Assembly (NCBI GenBank): GCA_965207455.1
Contig: CBDBMJ010000001.1
Location: forward strand, 1,120,001 to 1,184,000
DNA: 64,000 nt
DNA from: Bdellovibrionota bacterium
Lineage (GTDB): Bacteria; Bdellovibrionota; UBA1018; CAIPTA01; JAALKR01
Reading direction: 5' to 3'
Positions 1 to 10,031 of this stretch are shown here, one piece after another; the stretch's first letter is position 1, and every line of letters starts with the position of its first letter. Made by a program: the position numbers and the translations under genes. The notes under the pieces were generated by a model. That model did no database searches. It saw only the letters and a list, made by a program, of their open reading frames with translations, and had not been told where the DNA came from.

Positions 1-203
1 TCATCATCATACCTCACCAACTCCAAACCCTGATACGCACACTTATAGACCTTGGCAAAAAGACTTGAATCCAAGGCAGGGGCTTCTGAATATATTTTCG
101 CTGACTTAATCTCCTGAGGAACGTTTGGATAACTATCAGCTAGAGCACTAACCGAGAAAAACACTATGGATAAAGCGATAAAAGAAAACTTTTTCACGAT
201 CAT
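1..203 (-). CDS. Secreted hypothetical protein, runs off the window edge
   Basis: Manual translation MIVKKFSFIALSIVFFSVSALADSYPNV...; signal peptide ending ALA; ATGA overlap with the stop of the upstream ORF. Confidence 0.7.
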   Translation of the reverse strand, partial: MIVKKFSFIALSIVFFSVSALADSYPNVPQEIKSAKIYSEAPALDSSLFAKVYKCAYQGLELVRYDD

Positions 204-760
204 AGGAAATCCTCCGGGTTCATTATTGTATTCACTAGACCCACAAAACGCATGCCCATGGGTTTTCTATCCTTAGAAGCCATCGCGCGCAAGAAAATTT
301 CTTGAATTCTTCGCTTATACTCAGTATCAAGCTCCTTGAGTTCTTTCTTTGTCTCCGCAAAGTCGGGAAAAATATAAAAGCGCACCATTTGCTGCTTTCG
401 TTTCCTTTGAATAGTGGAGTCTAACTCCGCATCCTTAATGACCCTCTTCACCGTGATTCGGAAAAGTTTTGGTAAAAACCGTCTTAATTTCTGAGGGTTA
501 GACCCGTAATCTAGCCACTTTTGCTTGTAGGAAATCTTCCCTCCCTCGATGGAAATAATGCCCAAGCCAGCCATGCGCTGCAATACCTCATCCACAAGCA
601 ACAATAGATCCTTAGAAAATGAAAAATGCTCCTTCACCTTTTCCACTGTTTTTATATGAGACAACATTATAGACTGCACAATAAAAAAAGCAGCTAGATC
701 TTCTGTGAAAAGATCGTCCTTTTCTGTATTAAGTAATTCTGTCGTTTTGTCTTCCATCAT
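200..760 (-). CDS. Hypothetical protein resembling the C-terminal (DUF4423-like) half of TIGR02147 proteins
   Basis: 186 aa ORF; wHTH-like 'LQRMAGLGIISIEGGKI' followed by a helix and terminal beta strand; adjacent to a TIGR02147-like N-terminal ORF. Confidence 0.45.
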   Translation of the reverse strand: MMEDKTTELLNTEKDDLFTEDLAAFFIVQSIMLSHIKTVEKVKEHFSFSKDLLLLVDEVLQRMAGLGIISIEGGKISYKQKWLDYGSNPQKLRRFLPKLFRITVKRVIKDAELDSTIQRKRKQQMVRFYIFPDFAETKKELKELDTEYKRRIQEIFLRAMASKDRKPMGMRFVGLVNTIMNPEDFL

Positions 761-769
761 AAGTCAGTC

Positions 770-1366
770 CTATGGGGCTCCTAATTCAAATAAGCGCTTT
801 AGCTTCCTGATAAGGTCGTGCATCTGTTCTACAGCAACTTTGCCCTTTTGTCTATGTGCATAAACACCGGCAATCTCCTGGACCTCCTCCAAAACCTGAC
901 GACGAAACTTTTCTGGCAACTCTTCGAAAACCTCCACTAGGCACTGAGCACTTTGGGAATTAACCGACTTTTTTTCATCAGCACTATCATACTCATGCAC
1001 CGATGAGAGCTTATAATCATGGAGTAGCTGGTGCATGAGGTGCACAAAGGTGGAGCCGTGTTGACCCTCCAGTTCCTCTCCGTCGTTTTCTAAGCGCAGC
1101 AGGAGCAGGTAGCATAACTCCTCGTCCATAAGCCCCATCGCCCTACCCAGTCGAGCCAAAACTTCAGGAGACATGCGATAGCCACTGGCCTCCCTACCCC
1201 TACTCCTCCCCCGAGAAAGAGTCTTTGCCAAAGCAATAAAAGAGACAAAATCCCCATAACGATCAATGAACTGACGATAGCTCCAATTCCGATCCTTTAT
1301 CCAATCACGCAGAAATGCCCTGTAGCTAGTGTAGACAAAGATGGGAGCCATTTTCTTCTTTTCCAT
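770..1366 (-). CDS. TIGR02147-like N-terminal HTH protein
   Basis: 'IFVYTSYRAFLRDW...WSYRQF' resembles the TIGR02147 N-terminal signature; start 1366 or 1351. Confidence 0.6.
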   Translation of the reverse strand: MEKKKMAPIFVYTSYRAFLRDWIKDRNWSYRQFIDRYGDFVSFIALAKTLSRGRSRGREASGYRMSPEVLARLGRAMGLMDEELCYLLLLRLENDGEELEGQHGSTFVHLMHQLLHDYKLSSVHEYDSADEKKSVNSQSAQCLVEVFEELPEKFRRQVLEEVQEIAGVYAHRQKGKVAVEQMHDLIRKLKRLFELGAP

Positions 1367-1499
1367 TATATTATAGATATAACAATATAAAATATAATGC
1401 AATATTTATCTTTTTTTACTTGAGGCATCATCTAAACATGGTATTTATCCAATCAGTTTCTATATATTTTTCTATATTTAGTTATTAGTTAAGTTATAG

Positions 1500-1577
1500 G
1501 CCACCAAATGCTTTAGAAAAGACTTTAATCAGTCTTTTTCCCTCCATATCTACACCAAAGCATTTGGTGGCTTTTTT
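1500..1577 (+). other. Long stem-loop with nested hairpin and T tract (terminator or small structured RNA)
   Basis: GCCACCAAATGCTTT (1500-1514) is the perfect reverse complement of 1557-1571; inner AAAAGACT/AGTCTTTT hairpin; followed by T6. Confidence 0.6.
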
Positions 1578-1677
1578 CAACCCCCCAAATAAGCCCAAAG
1601 ACACCTAACCTATCGCCTGACAATGCTCGGCAATATCTTTTAACCTATTCAAAATCCATATTTAAAGGAGATAGGTT

Positions 1678-2320
1678 ATGAAGCCCAAGAATTTAACTAT
1701 CCACAATAGTTTAGTCGAGTTTTTAATCTTCACCAGCCAGAGTGAGGCTAATGGTAGTAGTATTGAGGTTTACTACAAGGATGGGAGTGTTTGGCTCACT
1801 CAGAAACGAATAGCCCAATTATTTGATGTGAGAGTGCCCACAATCAATGAGCATTTAAAAAAATATTTAAAAACAATGAAGTTAAATAAAATTCAGTTAT
1901 TAGGAAATTCCTAATAACTGCCGCTGACCAAAAACAATACAACACAAAATTTTACAATCTTGATGCTATCATCTCGGTAGGATATCGAGTCAATTCGGTA
2001 AAAGCCACAGAATTTCGACGCTGGGCGACTGAGATTCTAAGAGAGTTTGCCATTAAGGGTTATGTGCTAAGTCACAGATATTTATGCCACTAGCATGATG
2101 TTTCCGTTGGAAAGAATTATCGTAAACAAGAGGAGCTTGAGTCTCTTGCCAGAATTGTGAGCGCCTATCTTGATTTGGCAGAAGATCGAGCTACGCGCAA
2201 TATTCCTACAACAATGCAGGATTGGTCTAGTCGACTAGATGTTATTTTAGATCGTAACGACCGTGAAATTTTAAACGATGCAGGCACTATTAGTGCTAAC
2301 GTTGCCAAAGATTTGAGACT
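1678..2320 (+). pseudogene. rhuM: RhuM-family protein pseudogene (frameshift plus internal deletions)
   Basis: Fragments in different frames (VWLTQKRIAQLF; YNLDAIISVGYRVNS..ATEFRRWAT; SAYLDLAEDRA) are collinear with the intact RhuM at 46433-47464. Confidence 0.8.
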
Positions 2321-2437
2321 AAGAAAATTGCAACCCAGTTCGCTCTCCCCTCGACTAACCCCTATCGGCTCGTATTTGGCACTATTGAGCGCCTGAACTA
2401 TTTTTGGGTTGCTCTCCCAAGTACCCACCGACCTCTA

Positions 2438-3154
2438 CTAATGGCGTCCTCTCCCTAAGCACAGCATCGCCCCAAGGAGAAGAATCCTTAGAATGCCACT
2501 AGCAACGTCGCATTTCAACGTCGCAAAGGATTCATTTAAAAGATTGGGGAGACTAGCTGCTCCTCTTGGATATAAAGCCTCTAACCTTTTTTTAAATTTT
2601 TCTCCCTCTGGATCATTATCAAAGCTCTTCCAAATTGCCTGTTTTTCTCTATCGGAAAGCCAATCCCAATCTATTTCCCCACTCTCTATCAAACCAATAA
2701 GTTGATCTTGAGAGTCATAATACCTGAAATCATACTTTTTCTTAATGTATACACTATACAGTTTATATCCTATGCCTTCTCTCTCTGGATCATGAAATAT
2801 CTCGTATGAAATTCCCAAAGACATTCCCGTGGTTGGGATAATTTCTATCGGTGTGGATTTAGTTTCAAGATACACATTGCATTTTGGATAAATGTCATTT
2901 AATTTTCCCGGATCTTCATAGCGATCCTTAAATTCTTCACTGCTTATTCCATTTCTTATTTGAGATTTCATTTCGTTCACCAATCTAATAGCATCTTCTT
3001 TGTTTCCGCATACCTTAGTATTAGTGCCCTTATAATTTCTATTTCCATAGCGATATTGTATTTCCATTTCTACTGCCCAAGCAAAATCTGTGCATACACC
3101 TAAAAGTGCTGTAACTAGGATGAATAACTTTACTGAACTAAAGAATATGCGCAT
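2438..3154 (-). CDS. Secreted hypothetical protein
   Basis: 238 aa ORF, signal peptide ending AWA, AT-rich. Confidence 0.65.
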   Translation of the reverse strand: MRIFFSSVKLFILVTALLGVCTDFAWAVEMEIQYRYGNRNYKGTNTKVCGNKEDAIRLVNEMKSQIRNGISSEEFKDRYEDPGKLNDIYPKCNVYLETKSTPIEIIPTTGMSLGISYEIFHDPEREGIGYKLYSVYIKKKYDFRYYDSQDQLIGLIESGEIDWDWLSDREKQAIWKSFDNDPEGEKFKKRLEALYPRGAASLPNLLNESFATLKCDVASGILRILLLGAMLCLGRGRH

Positions 3155-3342
3155 AAATAAATTCCTTTTTTGCCCTCTTGGATTCTGTCGAAATATTAAA
3201 CAATATTATCTTGCATAAGTATTATACACTGCATTATAATAGAATGCAAGCTCTATACTTCCTCTACATTCAAGAATAATCTAGTTGACTAAAAAAATCA
3301 ACATAAGCTATACTATAAGTATAACCACAAGAGATACAAATT

Positions 3343-4533
3343 ATGAAAATAATCCTAATTATCTTTTTCCTTTCCTTCCACCCTAGAACTGGACTCACAT
3401 ATGAAAATTGCCAACAAACTAATTATTCTGGTCTTGGTGGGGAAGCTATGACTATTGATGAAAGCCCCACGCTTTGGGTTACTGCTGACGGATCTGAAGG
3501 ATCAATATTGACTGAGGCTGCAACCGCAACAGGACAGTCACTAGACAGTAGTGTTGGGACAGCGGCAGTAATGACTATCATCGACAATGCAAAAGGAAAT
3601 GTCGAAAAATGTATCTCTAGTCTCGCAACCCAACCACCCACAGAAAGATATAATCCTAAGGATGCAGTAGACAAGTATTTAGAAAAAAAAAACTCTCTCT
3701 ACCATCAAATGACTAATCGACAGTTCCGTACTAAGTACCCAGAAATAAAGAATAAACTCACTGCTCGCTATAACCAGTTGAAGTATAAGGAGAAAGTGGT
3801 GAAGAAGGGCAATGAGTTTGCAAAAAAGGTAATAAAGAAGACGGGGGAGGTGTTGTTACAGCAAAAAGATTTCTTAGCCTCTATTCCTAGGGGAGAGGAC
3901 GGGGTTGGAGAAGAAACTTCAACTTATACCCAAACATCTAATACTGAGGTTTATAGCAACAGTAAAAAGGCTAAAAGCAATTTTGTACTTGGAGCTGCTT
4001 TGGGGAATGAGGACAGTCGCCTCGATTTCATGGGTGAAGAGGATATGGCAAAGGTTAAAACTACTGCCATTGATGGTCTCACAGGCAGTAACGAGCCCCT
4101 AGAGAGTGCCTATGAAACTCTTGCTAGTAGCACAGAGGCATCGAAGCAGGAGTCCTTGGATGCGGGGATGAGCGAGATAAGAGACAGTGAAGATTTTGCC
4201 AATCTCCGAGATTTAGTGGGAGAGAAAATTGCGAATAAATACCTTGAATCCATTGGTGTGGGAGTAATGGACAATCAAGAGGACTCTGACATTCTCGGCG
4301 GCTCCGGAGGAGGATACACCAGAGGAGGCACAGGGGGCAGCAAAGGAAAAAGAAGCGATCGCATCGGTAAGCTCATGAAATCCATGCTCTCCTCCCTAAG
4401 GAAAAAGGAAGTTCTCCAGCACAACCAGCGCTTTAGGAGGAGCTTGAGTGCCTATGACCCCAATGAGAGCTTATTTAAGCGCGTCCACCGCACCTTAAAC
4501 AAATACTTTGACCAGTTGTCTCCTTCCATTTAA
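3343..4533 (+). CDS. Secreted hypothetical protein with Gly-rich linker
   Basis: 396 aa ORF, hydrophobic N-terminus, C-terminal 'ESLFKRVHR' helix. Confidence 0.75.
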   Translation: MKIILIIFFLSFHPRTGLTYENCQQTNYSGLGGEAMTIDESPTLWVTADGSEGSILTEAATATGQSLDSSVGTAAVMTIIDNAKGNVEKCISSLATQPPTERYNPKDAVDKYLEKKNSLYHQMTNRQFRTKYPEIKNKLTARYNQLKYKEKVVKKGNEFAKKVIKKTGEVLLQQKDFLASIPRGEDGVGEETSTYTQTSNTEVYSNSKKAKSNFVLGAALGNEDSRLDFMGEEDMAKVKTTAIDGLTGSNEPLESAYETLASSTEASKQESLDAGMSEIRDSEDFANLRDLVGEKIANKYLESIGVGVMDNQEDSDILGGSGGGYTRGGTGGSKGKRSDRIGKLMKSMLSSLRKKEVLQHNQRFRRSLSAYDPNESLFKRVHRTLNKYFDQLSPSI

Positions 4534-4536
4534 GTA

Positions 4537-4565
4537 TTGCCTAAGGGCTGGGGCTTGGCTATAGT
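4537..4565 (+). promoter_or_regulatory. Sigma70-like promoter of kdsB, probably leaderless
   Basis: TTGCCT-17 nt-TATAGT, ending 5 nt before the ATG. Confidence 0.6.
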
Positions 4566-4570
4566 AGGGT

Positions 4571-5332
4571 ATGCTGGACGCTATCGTCGTCATACCTGCT
4601 CGTTTACATTCATCTAGACTCCCCAACAAGCCACTGCTGCCCCTTGGCGGTCGCCCCCTTATACTTCAAGTAGTGGATCAGGTGCGCAGAGCTAAAGCAA
4701 GAGTGGAACGAATTATTGTCGCTACAGACGCTCCTGAGATAGCGAAAGTGGTGGAAGAGGCTGGGGTGGAAGTCTTCCTTAGCGATAAAAACCACAGCAC
4801 TGGCACAGACCGGGTGGCTGAGGTGGCAGAAGGACTAGAAAACAAAATCATCGTAAATGTTCAGGGGGACGAGCCCTTCCTCTCTGCTGCCTGCCTGAAA
4901 GAAGCCATTCAGATGATTGAGGATGGCAACACCATGGGATCGTGTATGACCTCCTTTTCCTCCCTTGCCGAGTTTCAGGATCCTGGGAATGTAAAAGTTT
5001 TGACCGATTGTAAAAGAGAGGCTTTGTACTTCAGTCGATCGCCCATTCCTTACCAGCAAAACGCTGATTTTAATATTTTGGATCAACCCTCTCTGGGTCG
5101 TCACCTAGGGATATACTCCTATAAGAGAGAAACTTTATTGAGTTTGGCAAAAAGTACTCCCGTCCACTTAGAAGAAATAGAGTCTTTGGAGCAGTTGCGA
5201 GCCATCTTTCTAGGCTACCCCATTCATATGAGGTATGTACAATGCGACAGTTTTGGTATAAACACAGCAGAGGATTTATCCCGTGCACAGGTGCGATGGG
5301 AAAAAAACGCAAGGAAGAGGAAAAATGCCTAA
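4571..5332 (+). CDS. kdsB: 3-deoxy-manno-octulosonate cytidylyltransferase
   Basis: [31 protein letters not shown] motifs. Confidence 0.96.
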   Translation: MLDAIVVIPARLHSSRLPNKPLLPLGGRPLILQVVDQVRRAKARVERIIVATDAPEIAKVVEEAGVEVFLSDKNHSTGTDRVAEVAEGLENKIIVNVQGDEPFLSAACLKEAIQMIEDGNTMGSCMTSFSSLAEFQDPGNVKVLTDCKREALYFSRSPIPYQQNADFNILDQPSLGRHLGIYSYKRETLLSLAKSTPVHLEEIESLEQLRAIFLGYPIHMRYVQCDSFGINTAEDLSRAQVRWEKNARKRKNA

Positions 5333-6959
5333 GAAGCAAAAATACATTTTCATTACCGGCGGAGTGATTAGTTCACTGGGAAAGGGGCTAGCTGCTGCCT
5401 CCATGGGAACTCTTTTAGAAAGCCGGGGCATTGGGGTGACCTTTATCAAGATGGACCCCTATATTAACGTTGACCCTGGGACTATGAATCCCAACCAGCA
5501 TGGAGAGGTTTTTGTATTAAACGACGGTGCGGAGACGGACTTGGACTTGGGTCACTACGAGCGATTTGCCAGCGTCACCCTTTCCCGCAAAAACAATTTC
5601 ACCACTGGGCAAATCTACGACAGTGTTATTCAAAACGAAAGAAAGGGAAAGTATTTGGGACAAACCGTTCAGGTCATTCCCCACATTACCGACGAAATCA
5701 AACAATACATTCGCTCCGCTGCCACAGGTGCCGACGTTGCCATCGTGGAAGTGGGAGGCACAGTGGGAGATATTGAGTCCCTACCTTTTATCGAGGCCAT
5801 TCGTCAAATGAAGTTGGATATGGGAGCAGAAAACGTATTGTATGTACACCTCACCCTCGTGCCCTTTATTAAAGCCACCAACGAAATGAAAACCAAGCCC
5901 ACTCAGCACAGTGTGCGCACCCTTCGCTCCGAAGGAATCGACGTGGATATTCTCCTATGCCGTTGCCAAGAAGTTCTCTCCACGGAACTCAAAGCAAAAA
6001 TCAGTCTCTTTTGTAACCTCCCCCAATCCCAGGTTTTCTCAGCCCTAGATGTGGACAGTATTTATGAGGTTCCTCCCTATTTTCATCAGGAGGGTGTGGA
6101 CGAGAAAATCGTGGAGTTACTGGGTATGTGGACGTCTAGCCCCAACATGAAGGCTTGGGATAGAATGCTCCACAGGATTAAGCATCCCACCCATGAAGTG
6201 CGCATTGGAATGGTGGGAAAGTATGTGGATTTAAAGGAATCCTATAAGAGTTTAAACGAGGCTCTTGTTCATGGAGGTGCCCATCAATCGATCCGTGTAG
6301 TGCTGGAACATATCGACGCTGAGAAATTGGATCATAAAAATCTGGACCAAGCCCTGGGATCTCTCGACGGTATTTTAATCCCTGGTGGTTTTGGAAAGCG
6401 AGCAGTGGAGGGCAAGATTGCAGCCATTCGTTATGCGAGGGAAAATAAACGCCCCTTTTTTGGTATTTGTTTGGGTATGCAGTTAGCCGTGGTGGAGTTT
6501 GCTCGAAACGTGGTGGGCTGGAAGGATAGCAACAGTGCTGAGTTTGATGAGAGCTCTTCCCACAAGGTAGTGGATTTAATGGACACTCAAAAGGATGTGG
6601 ACAAGATGGGAGGCACCATGCGACTAGGGAGCTACGAATGTGAGGTGATAAAAAACACAAAAGCCCACCAAGCTTATCAAAAAACAAAGATCTTTGAACG
6701 CCACCGCCACCGTTACGAAATTTCCAACAAATTCTCCGACGAGCTTATTGCCCAAGGCCTAGTGCTATCGGGTTTTTGCAGGGATGAAAAAGTAGCGAAC
6801 AAAGACTTAGTGGAAATTATAGAGCTTAGGGATCATCCCTATTTCGTTGCCTGTCAGTTCCACCCTGAGTTTCAATCCCGTCCCCTAGACCCCCACCCCC
6901 TGTTTCAAACTTTTGTACAAAAAAGTTTGGAATATAAAGAAGAAAGATCCAAGATTTGA
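5325..6959 (+). CDS. pyrG: CTP synthase
   Basis: [43 protein letters not shown] at 5325. Confidence 0.98.
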   Translation: MPKKQKYIFITGGVISSLGKGLAAASMGTLLESRGIGVTFIKMDPYINVDPGTMNPNQHGEVFVLNDGAETDLDLGHYERFASVTLSRKNNFTTGQIYDSVIQNERKGKYLGQTVQVIPHITDEIKQYIRSAATGADVAIVEVGGTVGDIESLPFIEAIRQMKLDMGAENVLYVHLTLVPFIKATNEMKTKPTQHSVRTLRSEGIDVDILLCRCQEVLSTELKAKISLFCNLPQSQVFSALDVDSIYEVPPYFHQEGVDEKIVELLGMWTSSPNMKAWDRMLHRIKHPTHEVRIGMVGKYVDLKESYKSLNEALVHGGAHQSIRVVLEHIDAEKLDHKNLDQALGSLDGILIPGGFGKRAVEGKIAAIRYARENKRPFFGICLGMQLAVVEFARNVVGWKDSNSAEFDESSSHKVVDLMDTQKDVDKMGGTMRLGSYECEVIKNTKAHQAYQKTKIFERHRHRYEISNKFSDELIAQGLVLSGFCRDEKVANKDLVEIIELRDHPYFVACQFHPEFQSRPLDPHPLFQTFVQKSLEYKEERSKI

Positions 6960-7813
6960 AACCCGTAGAGTTATCCCATATTACTTTCCCCAATAAAAAC
7001 CTTGTGTGTCTTCTGGGCGTAAACGTGCTGGAAGATGAGGGGCTCGCCAAGGAAACGGCAACGGAGCTCCAGCGCATTACCAAAAAACTTTCCCTTCCTT
7101 TTATTTTTAAAGCCAGTTTCGACAAAGCCAACCGCTCCTCCATCCACAGCTACCGGGGTGTGGGAATGAAAAAAGGACTGAAAATTTTAGAAACCATAAA
7201 GAGCACGCTCAATGTTCCCATCGTTACGGACGTTCACGAGTTGGGACAAGCAGCGACGGTGGGTGAGGTGGCAGACCTTATCCAAATCCCTGCCTTTCTT
7301 TGCCGTCAAACCGATCTGTTGGTAGAGGCTGCCCAAGTGGTGGAGAAAACAGGGGGAGCCCTTCATATTAAAAAAGGACAGTTCCTTGCCCCCTGGGATT
7401 GCCGTAATATTTTAGAAAAGGTGTCTCAAGCGGCGCCCTCCAGGCCCCTTGCTATTTTATGCGAGCGGGGAACCAGCTTTGGTTATAATAACCTAGTGGT
7501 GGATGTTTTAGGTATTCCCTATATGCGATCCCTTGGCGCTCCCGTTACCATTGATGCCACCCACGGAGTGCAACTTCCGGGAACGGGTACGGGCCCCGGA
7601 GGAGAGCAATCGGTTGCAGGGGGACGACGAGAGGGCGTGCAATCCATTGCCGCTGCTGCCATTGCCGTGGGTGCCGATGCTGTATTTTTAGAGTTTCACC
7701 CCAACCCCGAAAAAGCCAAGTGCGACGGACCCAGTTGCCTTCCCCTACAGGATGGAGAGAAAATCCTAAGCTATTTGAAAAAAATACACTCAGCGGTTTC
7801 CCATGATCACTAA
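6956..7813 (+). CDS. kdsA: KDO 8-phosphate synthase
   Basis: [40 protein letters not shown]. Confidence 0.97.
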   Translation: MKPVELSHITFPNKNLVCLLGVNVLEDEGLAKETATELQRITKKLSLPFIFKASFDKANRSSIHSYRGVGMKKGLKILETIKSTLNVPIVTDVHELGQAATVGEVADLIQIPAFLCRQTDLLVEAAQVVEKTGGALHIKKGQFLAPWDCRNILEKVSQAAPSRPLAILCERGTSFGYNNLVVDVLGIPYMRSLGAPVTIDATHGVQLPGTGTGPGGEQSVAGGRREGVQSIAAAAIAVGADAVFLEFHPNPEKAKCDGPSCLPLQDGEKILSYLKKIHSAVSHDH

Positions 7814-8348
7814 AGAAATCTTTCCCACCCTCCAAGGGCTTCGCGCTTTACTGTTAGACGTGGACGGAGTAATGACGGACACTCGCCTATCCTGGATAGA
7901 GGGCAGCGGCTGGGTGCGAACCTTTAGTGTAAAGGACGGCTACGGAGTGCATTTATTAAAAAAAATAGGGCTACATATTGGAATTATTTCTGCGGGAAAA
8001 TCCGAGAGTGTTTTTCAGCGAGCGAAAGCCATGGATATTGAACACATCTATCTGGGTAGTACGGATAAGGTGGCAAGCTATGAAGAAATAAAATCCAAGG
8101 TAGGGTTTGAAGACAGGGAGGCTGCCTTTGTGGGAGACGATCTGTTCGACATTCCTCTACTTAAAAAAGTTGGCTTTGCTGCCACCGTTCCCGATGCGGT
8201 TCGTGAAGTAAAGGAAATAACCATGTACACCACAAAAACACCCGGAGGACTAGGTGCTGTACGAGAAATTGCGGACATCATACGCTACGCCAAGGACGCA
8301 AAAAACTACACTTCTTTTTTAGAACAATATGAAGCTTCTTACCCATAA
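7803..8348 (+). CDS. kdsC: KDO 8-phosphate phosphatase (HAD family)
   Basis: DVDGVMTD, GDDLFD, GGLGAVRE. Confidence 0.94.
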   Translation: MITKEIFPTLQGLRALLLDVDGVMTDTRLSWIEGSGWVRTFSVKDGYGVHLLKKIGLHIGIISAGKSESVFQRAKAMDIEHIYLGSTDKVASYEEIKSKVGFEDREAAFVGDDLFDIPLLKKVGFAATVPDAVREVKEITMYTTKTPGGLGAVREIADIIRYAKDAKNYTSFLEQYEASYP

Positions 8349-9294
8349 ATTATACCGATACATTATCCCTCTTTGTATTTTCACCTCCCTATGGGTGCTC
8401 ACCCCCACCACGCTCCACCCAGGAAATTTGGAAAACTCCAGCGACAACGAATTTTCCGTACCCGACTACCGAATGAAAAATTTTCGCTACATCTCCACAG
8501 AAAACAATAAAAAAGAAATAGAGCTGTATGCGGCAGAAGCTAATTATTTTTTAAAAAAGCAATATCTCCGTAGCAGTCACACGGTGGCCTATATCTACAA
8601 TGAAAAGGGTGAAAAAACAGAGGTAACGAGCAATAAAGGTTTATTTATGATCAAGGACAGGTATTTAGAACTTAGTGGCGATGTGAATTCCATCAGTCAA
8701 GACAGTTTCAGGCTAGCAGGTGAAAAAATACAGTACAATATCAATAAACGAAAAATCTCCATACCCAACCCGTTTTCTGGAGAGCTGGAAAGCCAAAAGC
8801 TAAAAATTTCAGCCAACTCGGGCAGCTTAGATTTAAACGCCAACACCATTGCCTTCCAAGGACGTGTTTCCATAGTCTATAAAGATCCCAGCCATGGAAT
8901 AATGTCCATCAAAGCACAAAAGACTAACCTATATAGGGATCAGTACCGATTAGTTTGTACGGAACGAGTGCGACTGAGGCAAAATAAAATAAAGTTAAGC
9001 AGTGACACCTTATCCTTGAGCTATAACAGCAAGTTAAGGAGCGGAAGAAAAGGATTGAAATATATGCGAGCCAGTGGAAACGTAATCATTAAAGACAATA
9101 GGCTTGGGTATAGTCGATCTCAGGAGGCAGAGTTCTCCCGGTCCACGGATGCGATAGTGCTCAAGGGTCACCCTTCTCTATACAGCAAAAAAGGTACTGT
9201 TACGGGAGATACATTAATTCTCCACCGCTCCACAGGTGTGATAGAAGTAAAATCCACCAACGCCTCTATTACATTCGAAGGAAAGAAAAAATGA
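8329..9294 (+). CDS. lptC: LPS export protein, LptC-like N-terminus plus LptA/OstA-like C-terminus
   Basis: N-terminal TM, repeated beta-jellyroll patterns (LSGDV, FQGRV, ASGNV, LKGHP), located between kdsC and lptB. Confidence 0.75.
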   Translation: MKLLTHKLYRYIIPLCIFTSLWVLTPTTLHPGNLENSSDNEFSVPDYRMKNFRYISTENNKKEIELYAAEANYFLKKQYLRSSHTVAYIYNEKGEKTEVTSNKGLFMIKDRYLELSGDVNSISQDSFRLAGEKIQYNINKRKISIPNPFSGELESQKLKISANSGSLDLNANTIAFQGRVSIVYKDPSHGIMSIKAQKTNLYRDQYRLVCTERVRLRQNKIKLSSDTLSLSYNSKLRSGRKGLKYMRASGNVIIKDNRLGYSRSQEAEFSRSTDAIVLKGHPSLYSKKGTVTGDTLILHRSTGVIEVKSTNASITFEGKKK

Positions 9295-10016
9295 AAAAAC
9301 TCAGTGCCAAGAACCTAAGCAAGACCTTTAACAAAGAGCATTTAGCCGTTGACAACGTCAGTTTTGAGGTAAATCAAGGAGAGATCGTGGGATTGCTGGG
9401 ACCCAACGGCGCAGGAAAAACCACTAGCTTTTATATGGCTATCGGGCTTCTGTATCCCGACCAGGGTGAAATTTTCTTAAACGATGAGAACATCACCCAC
9501 CTTCCCATGCACCAACGCTCCCGACTGGGTATGGGATACCTTCCCCAAGAACCCTCTGTCTTCCAAAACCTAAGCGTATACGACAATATCTTTGGCGTGC
9601 TGGAAATCCAGGGCCTAAGTTCTAAGCTATGTCGTGAGCGCACTGAAGCCATCCTGGGAGACTTCTCCCTCACTGCCGTGGCTAAATCCCTGGGAACTGT
9701 TTTATCGGGTGGGGAACGAAGGCGTGTAGAAATTGCAAGAGCACTGGCCCTAAGCCCAGACTTCTTACTTCTCGACGAACCCTTTGCAGGTATCGATCCC
9801 ATCGCCATGAGCGATATTCAAAACCTCATCTCCATGCTGCAAGCTCGTGGCGTGGGTGTTTTAATAACAGACCATAACGTGAGGGAAACACTAAAAATTT
9901 GTAATTCTGCCTATATTCTTATCTCTGGCAAAATAGAGGCCTCAGGTTCACCGGATACGGTTGCCAAGAGCTCCATAGCAAGAGATAATTATTTAGGTAA
10001 GGATTTTCAGTTTTAA
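9291..10016 (+). CDS. lptB: LPS export ABC transporter ATPase
   Basis: GPNGAGKTT, YLPQE, LSGGERRR, DEPFAGIDP, TDHNVRET. Confidence 0.96.
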   Translation: MKKLSAKNLSKTFNKEHLAVDNVSFEVNQGEIVGLLGPNGAGKTTSFYMAIGLLYPDQGEIFLNDENITHLPMHQRSRLGMGYLPQEPSVFQNLSVYDNIFGVLEIQGLSSKLCRERTEAILGDFSLTAVAKSLGTVLSGGERRRVEIARALALSPDFLLLDEPFAGIDPIAMSDIQNLISMLQARGVGVLITDHNVRETLKICNSAYILISGKIEASGSPDTVAKSSIARDNYLGKDFQF

Positions 10017-10031
10017 AAAACGATAGGGTAA

